DNA of 64,000 bases from an uncultured Collinsella sp. (GTDB lineage Bacteria > Actinomycetota > Coriobacteriia > Coriobacteriales > Coriobacteriaceae): assembly GCA_900548265.1 (NCBI GenBank), contig URKG01000006.1:12052-76051 (forward strand), given 5' to 3'. The notes under the pieces were generated by a model. It did no database searches, had not been told where the DNA came from, and was given only the letters and a program-made list of their open reading frames with translations. Position 1 is the stretch's first letter. Every line of letters starts with the position of its first letter. Below are positions 48,134-58,764 of the stretch, one piece after another. Made by a program: the position numbers and the translations under genes.

Positions 48134-49498
48134 CTAGTTCTTCAGCGAGTTCAGCGGTGCCGGGAAGCGTCCACCACGGTGGGCAAGCACGGTGCCGGCG
48201 TTGGGGTTCACCGGCATGATGGGTGCACGGCCAAACAGGCCGCCGTACTCGACGCAGTCACCCACGCCCTTGCCAATGGCGGGAATCACGCGGACGGCCG
48301 TGGTCTTGTTGTTGATGACGCCGATAGCCATCTCGTCGGCGATGATGCCGGCGATGGTCTCGACCGGGGTGTCACCGGGGATGGCGATCATGTCCAGGCC
48401 GACGGAGCATACGCAGGTCATAGCCTCGAGCTTCTCGAGCGAAAGCGCGCCGGCCTCGACCGCGGCGATCATGCCGGCATCCTCGGACACGGGGATAAAG
48501 GCGCCCGAGAGTCCGCCCACGCTGGAGCTGGCCATGACGCCGCCCTTCTTGACGGCATCGTTGAGCATGGCGAGTGCGCAGGTCGTGCCGGGGCCTCCGC
48601 AGGTGCCAACACCGATGATCTCGAGGATGCGGGCAACGGAGTCGCCGATGGCAGGCGTGGGAGCCAGCGACAGGTCGACAATGCCCTTCTCGACACCCAG
48701 GCGATGGGCGGCCTCGCGGCTCATGAGCTCGCCGGCGCGGGTGATCTTAAAGGCGGTCTGCTTAATCTTCTCGGCGACCTCCATCATCGATGCGGAATCG
48801 GGCAGCGTCTCCAGGGCTGCGGCCATAACGCCGGGGCCCGAAACGCCTACGTTGATGACGGCGTCGGCCTCGCCACCGCCGTGGACGGCGCCCGCCATAA
48901 ACGGGGAGTCCTCGACCATATTGGCAAAGCAGACAAACTTGGAAGCGCCGACGGAATCCTGGTCGGCCGTAAGCTTGGCGGCGTCGATGATGGTCTGAGC
49001 CGCCATGAGCACGGCATCCATGTTGATGCCGGCGCGCAGGCTGGCGACGTTGACGCTGGAGCAGACGCGGCTGGTGGTAGCGAGCGCCTGGGGGATGGAC
49101 TGGATGACGCGGCGGTCGGCGTCGCCGATGCCCTTCTGGACGAGTGCGGAGAAGCCACCCAGGTAATCGATGCCGAGCGTCTCGGCCGCGCGGTCGAGGG
49201 CATGCGCGATGGGGGTGAGGTCCTCATCCTTGCAGCAAGCGGCGATCTGCGCCACCGGGGTGACGGAGACGCGCTTGTTGACGATAGGGATACCGTACTC
49301 GCGCTCGAGGTTCTCGGCGGTCTCGACCAAGTGCTCAGCCGTGTGCGTCACGTGGTCGTAGATCTTCGTGCACATGCGGTCGAGGTTCTCGTCGCCGCAA
49401 CCCATGAGCGAAACACCCATGGTGATGGTCCTGATGTCGAGGTTCTGCTCCTCAACCATGCCGCGGGTTTCCGCGATTTCTGCGGGCGTGATCGCCAT
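48134..49498 (-). CDS. DUF711/UPF0210 (PFL-like) family protein
   Basis: [44 protein letters not shown]-terminal PAPLNSLKN. Confidence 0.92.
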   Translation of the reverse strand: MAITPAEIAETRGMVEEQNLDIRTITMGVSLMGCGDENLDRMCTKIYDHVTHTAEHLVETAENLEREYGIPIVNKRVSVTPVAQIAACCKDEDLTPIAHALDRAAETLGIDYLGGFSALVQKGIGDADRRVIQSIPQALATTSRVCSSVNVASLRAGINMDAVLMAAQTIIDAAKLTADQDSVGASKFVCFANMVEDSPFMAGAVHGGGEADAVINVGVSGPGVMAAALETLPDSASMMEVAEKIKQTAFKITRAGELMSREAAHRLGVEKGIVDLSLAPTPAIGDSVARILEIIGVGTCGGPGTTCALAMLNDAVKKGGVMASSSVGGLSGAFIPVSEDAGMIAAVEAGALSLEKLEAMTCVCSVGLDMIAIPGDTPVETIAGIIADEMAIGVINNKTTAVRVIPAIGKGVGDCVEYGGLFGRAPIMPVNPNAGTVLAHRGGRFPAPLNSLKN

Positions 49499-49606
49499 CC
49501 TTGCGCTCCTATCTGCCAAAACGAGCATAGTCTTGTCTATTCTAACGTGCCGCACGTGCCAAGTGGCGCGTGCGGCACGTTTTGGTGCTCGGTTGTTTCC
49601 GTTGTG

Positions 49607-52171
49607 TTACTGCCCAAAGACCTCTTCGGCGATGCGTGCGCTCTCGGCGGCGTCCTTGGCGTAGTAGTCAGCGCCGATCTGCTTGGCGTATTCGGGGGTG
49701 AGCACGGCGCCGCCCACGATGATCTTGACGCCCGGCACCTCGGCATGAAGCAGCTTGATGGTTTCCTCCATGGCGACGACCGTGGTGGTCATAAGCGCCG
49801 AGAGGCCGACGAGCTTGATGTCGCGCTCCTGTACGGTCCTGAGCACCTCCTGCGGGTCGACGTCACGGCCTAGGTCAAAGACGGTATAGCCGTAGTTATC
49901 GAGCAGCATTTTGACGATGTTCTTGCCGATGTCGTGGATGTCGCCCTTGACGGTGGCCACGCAGATCTTGCCCTTGTCGGCAATCTCGCCGGCGGGCATC
50001 AGGCGCTTGATGGTGTCGAAGCCCACACGCGCGGCCTCGGCCGAGGCCATGAGCTGCGGCAAGAAGAACTTGCCCTGGTCAAAGAGGACGCCAACCTCGT
50101 CGAGGGCGGGGATAAAGTGGTTGTTGATGAGGTCCATGGCGTCGTGATCTGCCAGCAGACGCTCGGTCTCGGCCGCGATTTCGCCCTTGCGGCCCGAGAC
50201 GACCATGTGGCGGATGGGGTCGTCATCGGCGCTTGCGGTGGTGCTTGCGGCAGGCGCGGCATCGCTCGATGCCGACTGAGCGGCCGCCGGGTTGGCGGCA
50301 ATCTTGTACGGGTCGGTCCAGCCGGCGTAGCGCTCGATGTATCCGGTCGAGCCCTCGTCCTCAACGCTCAGCACGCGATAGCTGTAGACGGTGTCCATAA
50401 AGCGCTTGGAACCCGGGTTCATGATGGGGGCGTCCAGGCCCGCACCAAAGGCGGCGGCCAAAAAGACCGAGCCCAGCAGCGGGCGGGCAGGCAGGCCAAA
50501 GCTGATGTTCGACACGCCGAGCGCGCATTTGACGCCCAGACGCTCCTTGCACAGGGACATGGCGCGCAGGATCTGTTCGGCCTGGCGCTGGTTGGTCGAG
50601 GCGGTCATGACCAGGCAGTCGATGAGGATGCGGTCCGGGCCGATGCCGTAACGGGCGGCCTCGGCCACGATGCGCTCGGCGATGGCGAAGCGGGCCTCGG
50701 CGGTATCGGGGATGCCGCCCTCGTCGAGCGTAAGGCCGACGACGTTGGTGCCGTAGTGGGCCACCAGCGGAAGGATCTCATCCATGATCTGTTGTTTGCC
50801 ATTGACCGAGTTGATGATGGGCTTGCCGGCGTAGCGGCGCACGGCGGCCTCGACGGCTGCGGGGTCGGTGGAGTCGATCTGCAGCGGCAGCAGCGTGGAG
50901 CCCTGGAGCTGCTCGGTGGCCTGCTGGATGACCTTGACCTCGTCGATCTCGGGCAGGCCCACGTTGACGTCCAGGATGTCGGCGCCCTGCTCCTGCTGGC
51001 TGATGCCCTGGCTCACGACGTAGTCCAGGTCGCCGTCGCGCAGGGCCTGCTGCAGGCGCTTTTTGCCGGTGGGGTTGATGCGCTCGCCGATGACGGCGAT
51101 CTTGTGGCCGTCGCAGGGAAGGTCCACCACGGTCTGGGCGCTCGTGACCGACATACTGGGCTTGCGGCGGCGCGGACTGGGCGTGTGGTTGTCGATAAGC
51201 GTGCGCAGGGCCGCCATATGCGCGGGCGTGGTGCCGCAGCAGCCGCCCACGACGCTCACACCGTCGGCGATCATGCCGGCGACGGCCTCGGCGTACTCGG
51301 GGGCTTGGATGTCAAAGACGGTATTGCCGTCGTCGTCCACGCGGGGCAGTCCCGCATTGGCCTGCACCATAACGGGCTTGTCGGTGACGGTGAGCATACG
51401 CGCGGCGAGTCCTCGGAGCTCGGCCGGGCCCTGGCTGCAGTTGATGCCCAGGACGTCGGCGCCGATGGCGTCGAGGGTGATGGCGGCGACCTCGGGGCTC
51501 GTGCCCAAGAAGGTGCGACCGTCTTCCTCAAAGGTCATGGTGGCAAAGACGGGCAGGTCGGAATTCTCGCGGCAGGCGAGGACGGCGGCCTTGATCTCGG
51601 CAAGGTCGGTCATGGTCTCGATAATAAAGAGGTCCACACCCGCATCGACGCCGGCGCGCACCTCCTCGGCAAAGAGGTCATAGGCCTCGTCGAAGCTGAG
51701 GGTACCCAAGGGGCGCAGCAGGGCGCCGATGGGGCCGATATCGCCGGCAACGTAGCGGGCGCCGGCCTCGCGGGCGCAGGTGACTGCCGCGGCAAAGACG
51801 TCTGCCACGGTGGCGGCGCCGTCGAGCTTGTGGGCGTTGGCGCCAAAGGTGTTGGCGGTGATCACGTCACAGCCGGCCTCGACGTACTGACGCTGGATAT
51901 CGGTGATGACCTGGGGCTCCTCAAAGTTGAGCAGTTCGGGCAGGGCGCCGGCCTTCATGCCGGCGGCCTGCAGCATGGTGCCCATGCCGCCGTCGAACAG
52001 CAGGTGCCCCGTGCCCTCGATGGCGGCGCGCAGGCGATCGTCCTTAATGTGCAGGTCGTCAATCGTGCGCGTCTTGTACGCGGCGCCGTTGCAGCGCGCA
52101 GCATTGACAGGTGCCGCCAGCGCGGCACCGTCCAGATCATGAGTGATAAGTATGTTTGAGCTATTCGCCAT
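49607..52171 (-). CDS. metH: Cobalamin-dependent methionine synthase core (homocysteine, pterin and B12 domains; no reactivation domain)
   Basis: [60 protein letters not shown]. Confidence 0.93.
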   Translation of the reverse strand: MANSSNILITHDLDGAALAAPVNAARCNGAAYKTRTIDDLHIKDDRLRAAIEGTGHLLFDGGMGTMLQAAGMKAGALPELLNFEEPQVITDIQRQYVEAGCDVITANTFGANAHKLDGAATVADVFAAAVTCAREAGARYVAGDIGPIGALLRPLGTLSFDEAYDLFAEEVRAGVDAGVDLFIIETMTDLAEIKAAVLACRENSDLPVFATMTFEEDGRTFLGTSPEVAAITLDAIGADVLGINCSQGPAELRGLAARMLTVTDKPVMVQANAGLPRVDDDGNTVFDIQAPEYAEAVAGMIADGVSVVGGCCGTTPAHMAALRTLIDNHTPSPRRRKPSMSVTSAQTVVDLPCDGHKIAVIGERINPTGKKRLQQALRDGDLDYVVSQGISQQEQGADILDVNVGLPEIDEVKVIQQATEQLQGSTLLPLQIDSTDPAAVEAAVRRYAGKPIINSVNGKQQIMDEILPLVAHYGTNVVGLTLDEGGIPDTAEARFAIAERIVAEAARYGIGPDRILIDCLVMTASTNQRQAEQILRAMSLCKERLGVKCALGVSNISFGLPARPLLGSVFLAAAFGAGLDAPIMNPGSKRFMDTVYSYRVLSVEDEGSTGYIERYAGWTDPYKIAANPAAAQSASSDAAPAASTTASADDDPIRHMVVSGRKGEIAAETERLLADHDAMDLINNHFIPALDEVGVLFDQGKFFLPQLMASAEAARVGFDTIKRLMPAGEIADKGKICVATVKGDIHDIGKNIVKMLLDNYGYTVFDLGRDVDPQEVLRTVQERDIKLVGLSALMTTTVVAMEETIKLLHAEVPGVKIIVGGAVLTPEYAKQIGADYYAKDAAESARIAEEVFGQ

Positions 52172-53174
52172 GTGCATCCATTTCGTCTAGAGCCCACTGA
52201 GGAATTTCTATTTGAAGAGATTTGTCGGGCTCGATATCTTCGATTCGCTTGTTGTAGTGGGCAAGAAGCCGTGCGACATTTAATCGAATTAGGCCTCGCT
52301 TGTAGAACGATAATTCTTCAATATTGATGCCGATAAACGATTCGAGCGCGATAACCTGTACGCGATTGCCGAGTCCTTCACTTTCGAACAGTCCGTAAGC
52401 GAAGGAAACTTTATCGTGGGGGACAACGACGATGGGCCGAATGCCATTTCGAATGTTATCTCGGCATCGATCGGTCAATTTGGCCATTGGCGATACAGTC
52501 ACATGAAATGCAGCATCATTGATTTGGAAATCGCCAGAACGGTCTGTCTGCTGGTCGGCGGCGTTTGAGTTGTCCTTTCCGATTTCTATGGTTGGAAATA
52601 ACATCTCTAGTTTTGCACCTACCAGGTGCTGTGCGACGGTACCCGTTGGCTTATCGGACCGTAGGCTCGCTTCGGCTAGGATATCATCGACAATGACAGA
52701 AATTGGTTTTTGAAGATCGATTTCGACTTTGATTCTCTGCCGGTTAAAGAAATCGACCTGGATTCGCTCGACGAAGAAATTGGCGATTGCATTCGCAGCT
52801 TCAAGACGAGTGTCTTCGCAAGTGTCACTGGGTAGGGCAGAGTTGATAATTGTGGCAAGCTCAAGCGCCATCGGGAGTGTGCCGCGTGAGGTTCTGCCGC
52901 CCTCTGATGCGAAGGCACGCGTTTCCCCATGTCTGGCTAAAACTGTTTTGATGCATGCTCCACTTAGGCCTCGTACTTGGCTCCCCTTGTCCGATTGCAC
53001 ATAATCGTCGGTGAGCGGAAAACGGTTCTGCAGCAGCTCGCTTATGCCTATGCCAACCGCCATGACGTTACGGTTGACATTGCCTCGCTTGCTGCGCTTG
53101 GATTCGTACCAGAGTTCAATGGCATCTAAGATACCTTTATCGGGCTCGCTCAAGGAGTAATTGGTCATTTCCAT
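52161..53174 (-). CDS. DUF4928-like protein, putative restriction endonuclease
   Basis: EGGRTSRG, VAQHLVGAKL, AADQQTDRSGDF..FHVTVSP; low GC; overlaps the methyltransferase gene. Confidence 0.7.
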   Translation of the reverse strand: MEMTNYSLSEPDKGILDAIELWYESKRSKRGNVNRNVMAVGIGISELLQNRFPLTDDYVQSDKGSQVRGLSGACIKTVLARHGETRAFASEGGRTSRGTLPMALELATIINSALPSDTCEDTRLEAANAIANFFVERIQVDFFNRQRIKVEIDLQKPISVIVDDILAEASLRSDKPTGTVAQHLVGAKLEMLFPTIEIGKDNSNAADQQTDRSGDFQINDAAFHVTVSPMAKLTDRCRDNIRNGIRPIVVVPHDKVSFAYGLFESEGLGNRVQVIALESFIGINIEELSFYKRGLIRLNVARLLAHYNKRIEDIEPDKSLQIEIPQWALDEMDAHGE

Positions 53175-54297
53175 TATTGTCCACTCCGTTCCTTGAAGAC
53201 ATAAGCGCGGGTTTGACTGCATTTTTTATAAGCCAAGTGACAACTGGCACGGCAACTGCATCGCCGAATGCGTAGCGAATCTGAGCATCCGAGAAGCCGC
53301 TAAACTGACATGAGTCAGCACCTTGGAGACGGGCATATTCAGTTCCAGTCATCCAGCGAACTTCTATCTTTCCGTTTTCGCATATAACGACTGCCTGTCT
53401 TGATGAGCCGCCGCGAGCCGTTCTTAGACATCCGGCAATTTCTTCTTCACGGATTTCCCAGCGCACAACGCCCGATCGTGTGCGACGGTAAGCAGTGCGA
53501 ACAATTTTTTCTTTGGCATTTAAGAAGCGCTGAAGGCGCTCTGCTTGATGCGGTGCAAGTGAGTCGATAAATGCTTGTATTTGGTTTTTGTTCCACCAAC
53601 GCTTGTCGTCCTCGGGAATATTTTCAACAACCATTGCAAGGCCCGTCATACGAAGTGGGCTCGGCTCGTTTAGGTGAGAGACGTGCGTAATGAGTGAAGG
53701 GTCGGAGTGAATCCAGGAGACCTTTTCAGGTCGAAGCGAGGAATCGAGTCGGCTGTTGGGAAGAGGGTTTTTTAATCCGACGACAAACATGCGGGGGCGT
53801 GACTGGGGAAGCCAGTGCCGTGCATCGATAAAATAAGCGTCGCATGAATAGCCTAAACGATTAAATTCCTGGCAAACGAGTCTAAAGTCATCACTGTTAT
53901 TAGACGTGGCAAGGCCGATGACATTTTCGAGAACAAGTGCCCGCGGGGCACGATCGCTCATTCCCTCGATGGCCTTAATAAAGCCAAAGAACGCACTGGA
54001 CTCTTTGCCAGAGATAAGTCCCTCCCTGTTTCCCGCGAGAGATAAGTTTGTGCAAGGGCTTGACGCCCATGCGATGTCGGCTTGGGGTATTAGGTCGGGG
54101 TCGAGTGTGTGGACATCCTGCTCGACTAGATGCTCATCGCCCCAACACTGGCTGTACATGGCGCATTTAGTATGGTCTATGTCATTTGCCCAGATTGTTT
54201 TGATTCCGGCTTTTGCCATGCCGGCACGAGCCAAGCCAATGCCTGAAAAAAACTCAAGCGCGGTTAGTTGTGGCGAGAACTGCAGAATGTTGTGCAT
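53137..54297 (-). CDS. DNA (cytosine-5)-methyltransferase
   Basis: Motif I EFFSGIG, IV SSPCTNLS, VI LENV, VIII PQSRPRMF, IX EYARLQG, X FGDAV. Confidence 0.93.
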   Translation of the reverse strand: MHNILQFSPQLTALEFFSGIGLARAGMAKAGIKTIWANDIDHTKCAMYSQCWGDEHLVEQDVHTLDPDLIPQADIAWASSPCTNLSLAGNREGLISGKESSAFFGFIKAIEGMSDRAPRALVLENVIGLATSNNSDDFRLVCQEFNRLGYSCDAYFIDARHWLPQSRPRMFVVGLKNPLPNSRLDSSLRPEKVSWIHSDPSLITHVSHLNEPSPLRMTGLAMVVENIPEDDKRWWNKNQIQAFIDSLAPHQAERLQRFLNAKEKIVRTAYRRTRSGVVRWEIREEEIAGCLRTARGGSSRQAVVICENGKIEVRWMTGTEYARLQGADSCQFSGFSDAQIRYAFGDAVAVPVVTWLIKNAVKPALMSSRNGVDNNGNDQLLLERAR

Positions 54298-54406
54298 GTA
54301 CTGGCTTTCAGATAGTTGTTATTTGGCATCTTATGGTACTTGTTTGTGAGGACATCCGCTTACATACGGATGAGATTCCCTCGATACCGTGCCATCAATT
54401 GACATT

Positions 54407-55198
54407 TTATTCAGAATGCGAATAGCAGGTGGTGTGGGCGGCGCGGAAGCGGCAGTGCTCACGCATGCGGCAGATATTGCAGGCGGGGCGACTCTGGGCG
54501 TCGTGGACTTCGCCGTCAAACAGGCCGATCACCGCGGTCACGCTCTTGGTGGGCATGAGCAGGCTGGTGGGGGTGACGGTAAGTCCAATGAGGCGCGTGG
54601 CGTTGAGTGCATCCACGATCGAGCGCTGGGCAGAGAGCGGGCAGTCGCCATAGCCGGGACTGAAGCGCCAGTTGCCGGCGAGCCCGTGTGCAGCGGCCGC
54701 AGCCTTGACCTGCTGGTCCATCTGCTCGACGGCAGCTTCTACATAGGCAGAGCATGCGGCGTCGAGCACGGCGCCTTCCAGGGGTTGCTGGGTTCCGGTG
54801 GTTCGCAGACGGCGTTCGGCAGACATCCCGAGGGTACATGCCATGAGCGCCGCCAGGCGGGCGTCCTTAAGGTGGCGATAGATATCACGACCCCGCAGCT
54901 CAACATTGGTGCCAACCAAGCGGATGCAGGGCTCGCCCTGCTCGTCAACGCCCGTGGCATCGACGGCAAACACGCGTCGCACGCCGCGGGGCTCGATATC
55001 CAGCTCTAGGCGCTCGACCACAAGCTCAATTCGTCGTGACAGCTCGGGCTCAATCTGCTGGCCGCCGTAGCCCAGATACCGCAGCATCTCGGCACGGTCG
55101 ACACGGGGATGGTGCGCAGCGTCGATACGGTAAAGCGCCGGCGACGCAAGGTCGGCCGGCACTTCAACAAGGGTTGTATCGACGTGCGGTTTTTCCAT
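54407..55198 (-). CDS. Stand-alone methionine synthase reactivation (SAM-binding) domain
   Basis: EMLRYLGY, MACTLG, RFSPGYGD, PTKSVTAVIG, C-terminal CxxC-x4-CxFR. Confidence 0.88.
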   Translation of the reverse strand: MEKPHVDTTLVEVPADLASPALYRIDAAHHPRVDRAEMLRYLGYGGQQIEPELSRRIELVVERLELDIEPRGVRRVFAVDATGVDEQGEPCIRLVGTNVELRGRDIYRHLKDARLAALMACTLGMSAERRLRTTGTQQPLEGAVLDAACSAYVEAAVEQMDQQVKAAAAAHGLAGNWRFSPGYGDCPLSAQRSIVDALNATRLIGLTVTPTSLLMPTKSVTAVIGLFDGEVHDAQSRPACNICRMREHCRFRAAHTTCYSHSE

Positions 55199-56070
55199 TA
55201 CCCCAGGCGCTCCATAATGGTCGCGGCGATTGCAGGACGGTTCATAGTGTACAGGTGCAGGCCGTCGGCGCCGTGCTCCTTAAGGTCGCAAAGCTGACGA
55301 GCAGCATAATCTACACCGGCTGCCTGCAGGCTCTCGGGGTCGTTCTCGTACTTGGCGAGGATCTTGATGACGGGGGAGGGCAGCGACGCGCCGCACATAA
55401 AGACCATGCGGCTGATCTGCGACTTGCCCATAAACGGCATGATGCCCGCGGTAATGGGCACGGTGATGCCGGCCTTGTCGGCAAGCTCGCGGAAGCGATA
55501 GAAGCACTCGTTATCAAAGAAGAGCTGTGTCACAAAGAAGCTTGCGCCGGCGTCCTGTTTTTGCTTGAGGTGTTCGACCGAGACGTTGAGGTCCTCGCAG
55601 GCAATGTGGCCCTCGGGGTAGGCTGCGGCGCCCACACAAAAGCCGGCGTCAACGAGCTCGGGGATGAGGTCGCGGGCGTAGGCGTAGTCCGAGGCGGGCT
55701 TGTCGTCCTCAGTCGCGCCAGCGGGAAGATCACCACGCAGGGCCAGGATGTTTTCAACGCCGGCGGTGCGATACTCGTCAATCTTGGCGGCGATGTCGGC
55801 GTGGGTGCGGCCCACGCAGGTAAGGTGTGCCACCGAGGGCGTATCGAATTCGCTCGTAATCATATGCGCGATGGGGGCGGTGGTGGCACCGTTGCCCGAG
55901 CCGCCGGCCGAGCAGGTGACCGAGACAAAGCTCGGTGAAAGCTTGCACAGATTGCCTGCCACCTCGCGAGCCGTGTCGAGGGTAAGCTCGCCCTTGGGCG
56001 GGAACATCTCAAACGAAACGGGTGCGGTGCCCTGGGATGCTGCCTGCTTAAAAACCTCGTCGACGCGCAT
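55198..56070 (-). CDS. metF: 5,10-methylenetetrahydrofolate reductase
   Basis: SFEMFPPK, AHLTC, ILALRGD, AYPEGH, TQLFFD, GIMP, HLYTMN. Confidence 0.95.
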   Translation of the reverse strand: MRVDEVFKQAASQGTAPVSFEMFPPKGELTLDTAREVAGNLCKLSPSFVSVTCSAGGSGNGATTAPIAHMITSEFDTPSVAHLTCVGRTHADIAAKIDEYRTAGVENILALRGDLPAGATEDDKPASDYAYARDLIPELVDAGFCVGAAAYPEGHIACEDLNVSVEHLKQKQDAGASFFVTQLFFDNECFYRFRELADKAGITVPITAGIMPFMGKSQISRMVFMCGASLPSPVIKILAKYENDPESLQAAGVDYAARQLCDLKEHGADGLHLYTMNRPAIAATIMERLG

Positions 56071-56211
56071 ATCGTGCTCCTTTAGATGCCTGGGTGCGAT
56101 GTTTTGTTGCAAGGATTCTACAGCACCACTGCGCTAAGGTGGAGTTTCTCTCGCTATTTGGGGATACCAATCGAAAATGCTTCGCTATCGGCATTTCCTA
56201 TAACAGAGTGT

Positions 56212-56285
56212 TCAATCTAGGATGGGGCTATAAAGACTGGTATCTGATACGAAATACCAGTTAATAGAGCCCCATCCCAAATTGA
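56212..56285. repeat. Degenerate family C hairpin element
   Basis: TCAATCTAGGATGGGGCTAT ... AGCCCCATCCCAAATTGA, similar to the 37797-37915 termini. Confidence 0.75.
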
Positions 56286-56379
56286 CTCCCTTAAACTATG
56301 GGGAGAGGTCTGCAATTTATACAGTTGATTGGCCATTAAGGGTGGCAGCGCCGCTGTGATGCGGTAACCTCATTGATTG

Positions 56380-56417
56380 GTTTCGCGACAGCAACATAAC
56401 GGTAATGTCGCGGAAAC
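56380..56417 (+). promoter_or_regulatory. Putative GlnR-type nitrogen box upstream of glnA
   Basis: GTTTC-N6-GCAAC-N6-GTAAT-N6-GAAAC, 11-bp period. Confidence 0.55.
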
Positions 56418-56496
56418 ACGGCGAGTCTAAGCTATGACTCGTTCGTTAGTAATCAACACCGCATCTCACGCGGTGCCGATACGAAGGGAGTTCCGT

Positions 56497-58584
56497 ATGG
56501 CCGATCTTACTGACCGCTTCGGGACCATGGTGTTCTCTGAGGAAGTCATGAAGGACTACCTCCCCAAGGACATTTGGAAGCGCCTTGCTGCAACCCTCGA
56601 GGGCGGTGAGCCGCTCGACCTGGATGTGGCCAACGCCGTTGCCCACGCCATGAAGGTCTGGGCCATCTCCAAGGGCGCGACGCACTACGCACACTGGTTC
56701 CAGCCGCTTTCGGGCATTACTTCCGAGAAGCACGACAGCTTCCTGGAGCCCAACCACGACGGCACCGCTATTACCAAGTTTACGGGCAAGAACCTCATCC
56801 AGGGCGAGCCCGATGCCTCCAGCTTCCCCAACGGCGGCTTGCGTGCCACCTTCGAGGCCCGTGGCTACACCGCCTGGGATCCCACCAGCCCCGCTTTTAT
56901 CAAGGACGATGTCCTGTGCATCCCCACGGCTTTCTGCTCCTACACAGGCGAGGCCCTGGACAAGAAGACCCCGCTGCTGCGCTCCATGACCGCGCTCTCG
57001 CGTGAGTCCAAGCGCGTTTTGGCGCTGTTTGGTAAGACCCCCAAGAAGGTCGTTCCTTCCGTGGGCGACGAGCAGGAGTACTTCCTGATCAAGAAGGACG
57101 CTTACCGCAAGCGCAAGGACCTGGTCATCACCGGCCGCACCCTCTTTGGTGCTGCTCCCTGCAAGGGTCAGGAGCTCGAGGAGCACTACTTTGGCGCTAT
57201 CCGCCCCACCGTCTCGGCCTATATGAAGGATCTGGACGATGAGCTGTGGGCGCTTGGCATTCCCGCCAAGACCAAGCACAACGAGGTTGCTCCCTGCCAG
57301 CATGAGCTCGCACCGGTCTATGGCGAGGTCAACGAGGCCATCGACCAGAATCTGGTCATGATGGAGAAGATGAAGCTCATCGCCTCCCGCCACGACTTGG
57401 TCTGCCTGCTGCACGAGAAGCCCTTCGAGGGCATCAACGGTTCGGGCAAGCACAACAACTGGTCGCTTGGCACCGAGTCCGAGAATCTGCTCGATCCGGG
57501 CGACACCCCGCTCGACAACCTGCAGTTCATCGTCTTCCTCACCGCGGTGATCGAGGCCGTCGATAACTATCAGGAGCTCCTGCGTGCCTCCGTTGCCTCG
57601 GCCGGCAACGACCATCGTCTGGGCGCCAACGAGGCTCCTCCGGCGATTATGTCCATCTTCCTGGGCGACCAGCTTACCGAGGTCGTCGAGAAGATCATCG
57701 ATGGCAAGGCTTCCGTCCATGCCACGCGCGGCGTGCTCGACCTGGGCGCCGATACCCTGCCCAAGCTGATGCAGGACAACACCGACCGCAACCGCACCTC
57801 CCCGTTTGCCTTCACCGGCAACAAGTTCGAGTTCCGTGCCTGCGGCTCCGAGCAGAACGTCTCCGACTCCAACCTGGTGCTCGATGCCGCCGTGGCCAAG
57901 TCGCTCAAGTCCTTCGCCGACGCACTCGAGGGTACGCCCGAGGATAAGTTCCAGGACGCCGCGCTCGAGTACTGCAAGAAGGTGCTGACCGATCACCAGC
58001 GCATCCTGTTCTCCGGCGACGGTTACTCCGACGAGTGGCCCATCGAGGCCGAGAAGCGCGGCCTTGCCAACAACAAGACCACGGCCGACGCCCTGCCCGC
58101 CTTTGTTTCCGATAAGGCCATTGCGCTCTTTGAGGAGACGGGTGTCCTGACCAAGGCCGAGGCCCAGTGCCGTTACGACTGCAAGCTCGAGAAGTACAAC
58201 AAGCTCATGAACATCGAGGCTACCACGATGGTTCGCGAGGCGCGTCGTACCTATCGCCCGGTCATTACCGCCTACGCCACCAAGGTCGCTAAGGGCCTCG
58301 AGACTATTCGTGCCGCCGGTGCTGAGGCCGCCATGCAGTGCGAGCAGAACACGCTCAACAAGCTCTGCAACGGCATCACCGCCATCAACGACTCCATCAA
58401 GGCGCTCGACGCCGTGCATCAGAAGGCCGAGGCCCTCGATGGCCAGGAGCAGGCCAATGTGTATGCACACGAGGTCGTTCCCGCTATGGATACGCTGCGC
58501 GCCGCCGTGGATGCCATGGAGGAGATCGTGGCCGCCGACTACTGGCCGGTCCCGACCTACGACGACATCCTGTTCTATGTGTAA
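56497..58584 (+). CDS. glnA: Glutamine synthetase type III
   Basis: [90 protein letters not shown]. Confidence 0.97.
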   Translation: MADLTDRFGTMVFSEEVMKDYLPKDIWKRLAATLEGGEPLDLDVANAVAHAMKVWAISKGATHYAHWFQPLSGITSEKHDSFLEPNHDGTAITKFTGKNLIQGEPDASSFPNGGLRATFEARGYTAWDPTSPAFIKDDVLCIPTAFCSYTGEALDKKTPLLRSMTALSRESKRVLALFGKTPKKVVPSVGDEQEYFLIKKDAYRKRKDLVITGRTLFGAAPCKGQELEEHYFGAIRPTVSAYMKDLDDELWALGIPAKTKHNEVAPCQHELAPVYGEVNEAIDQNLVMMEKMKLIASRHDLVCLLHEKPFEGINGSGKHNNWSLGTESENLLDPGDTPLDNLQFIVFLTAVIEAVDNYQELLRASVASAGNDHRLGANEAPPAIMSIFLGDQLTEVVEKIIDGKASVHATRGVLDLGADTLPKLMQDNTDRNRTSPFAFTGNKFEFRACGSEQNVSDSNLVLDAAVAKSLKSFADALEGTPEDKFQDAALEYCKKVLTDHQRILFSGDGYSDEWPIEAEKRGLANNKTTADALPAFVSDKAIALFEETGVLTKAEAQCRYDCKLEKYNKLMNIEATTMVREARRTYRPVITAYATKVAKGLETIRAAGAEAAMQCEQNTLNKLCNGITAINDSIKALDAVHQKAEALDGQEQANVYAHEVVPAMDTLRAAVDAMEEIVAADYWPVPTYDDILFYV

Positions 58585-58608
58585 CAGACGCGTTTGATTT
58601 TGCGCTCG

Positions 58609-58640
58609 AAGGGGTCTCGCCTGTGCGAGGCCCCTTTTTT
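58609..58640 (+). terminator. Terminator after glnA
   Basis: GGGGTCTCGC-CTGT-GCGAGGCCCC followed by T6. Confidence 0.85.
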
Positions 58641-58764
58641 GTCGCCCGGGTCGTCTTTGAACATGCTGTCGAGCGAGCGTTTCGCGCGGGGCATCTTGAA
58701 AGTTGTAACCTGTTTTGGCATGCGGATGTTTCGGGCATTTGTTCATAAAGGGGAGGATTATCCG

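Noticed and set aside
49934..52159. 741-aa plus-strand ORF, and similar long ORFs at 5190-6758, 9345-10805, 11574-13385, 18922-20424, 25783-27789, 47978-49873 and 56446-58746
   Set aside because: Antisense shadows of well-supported genes, expected in high-GC DNA; no recognisable motifs.
56071..56300. SAM riboswitch or T-box upstream of metF
   Set aside because: No recognisable consensus; the visible hairpin belongs to repeat family C.
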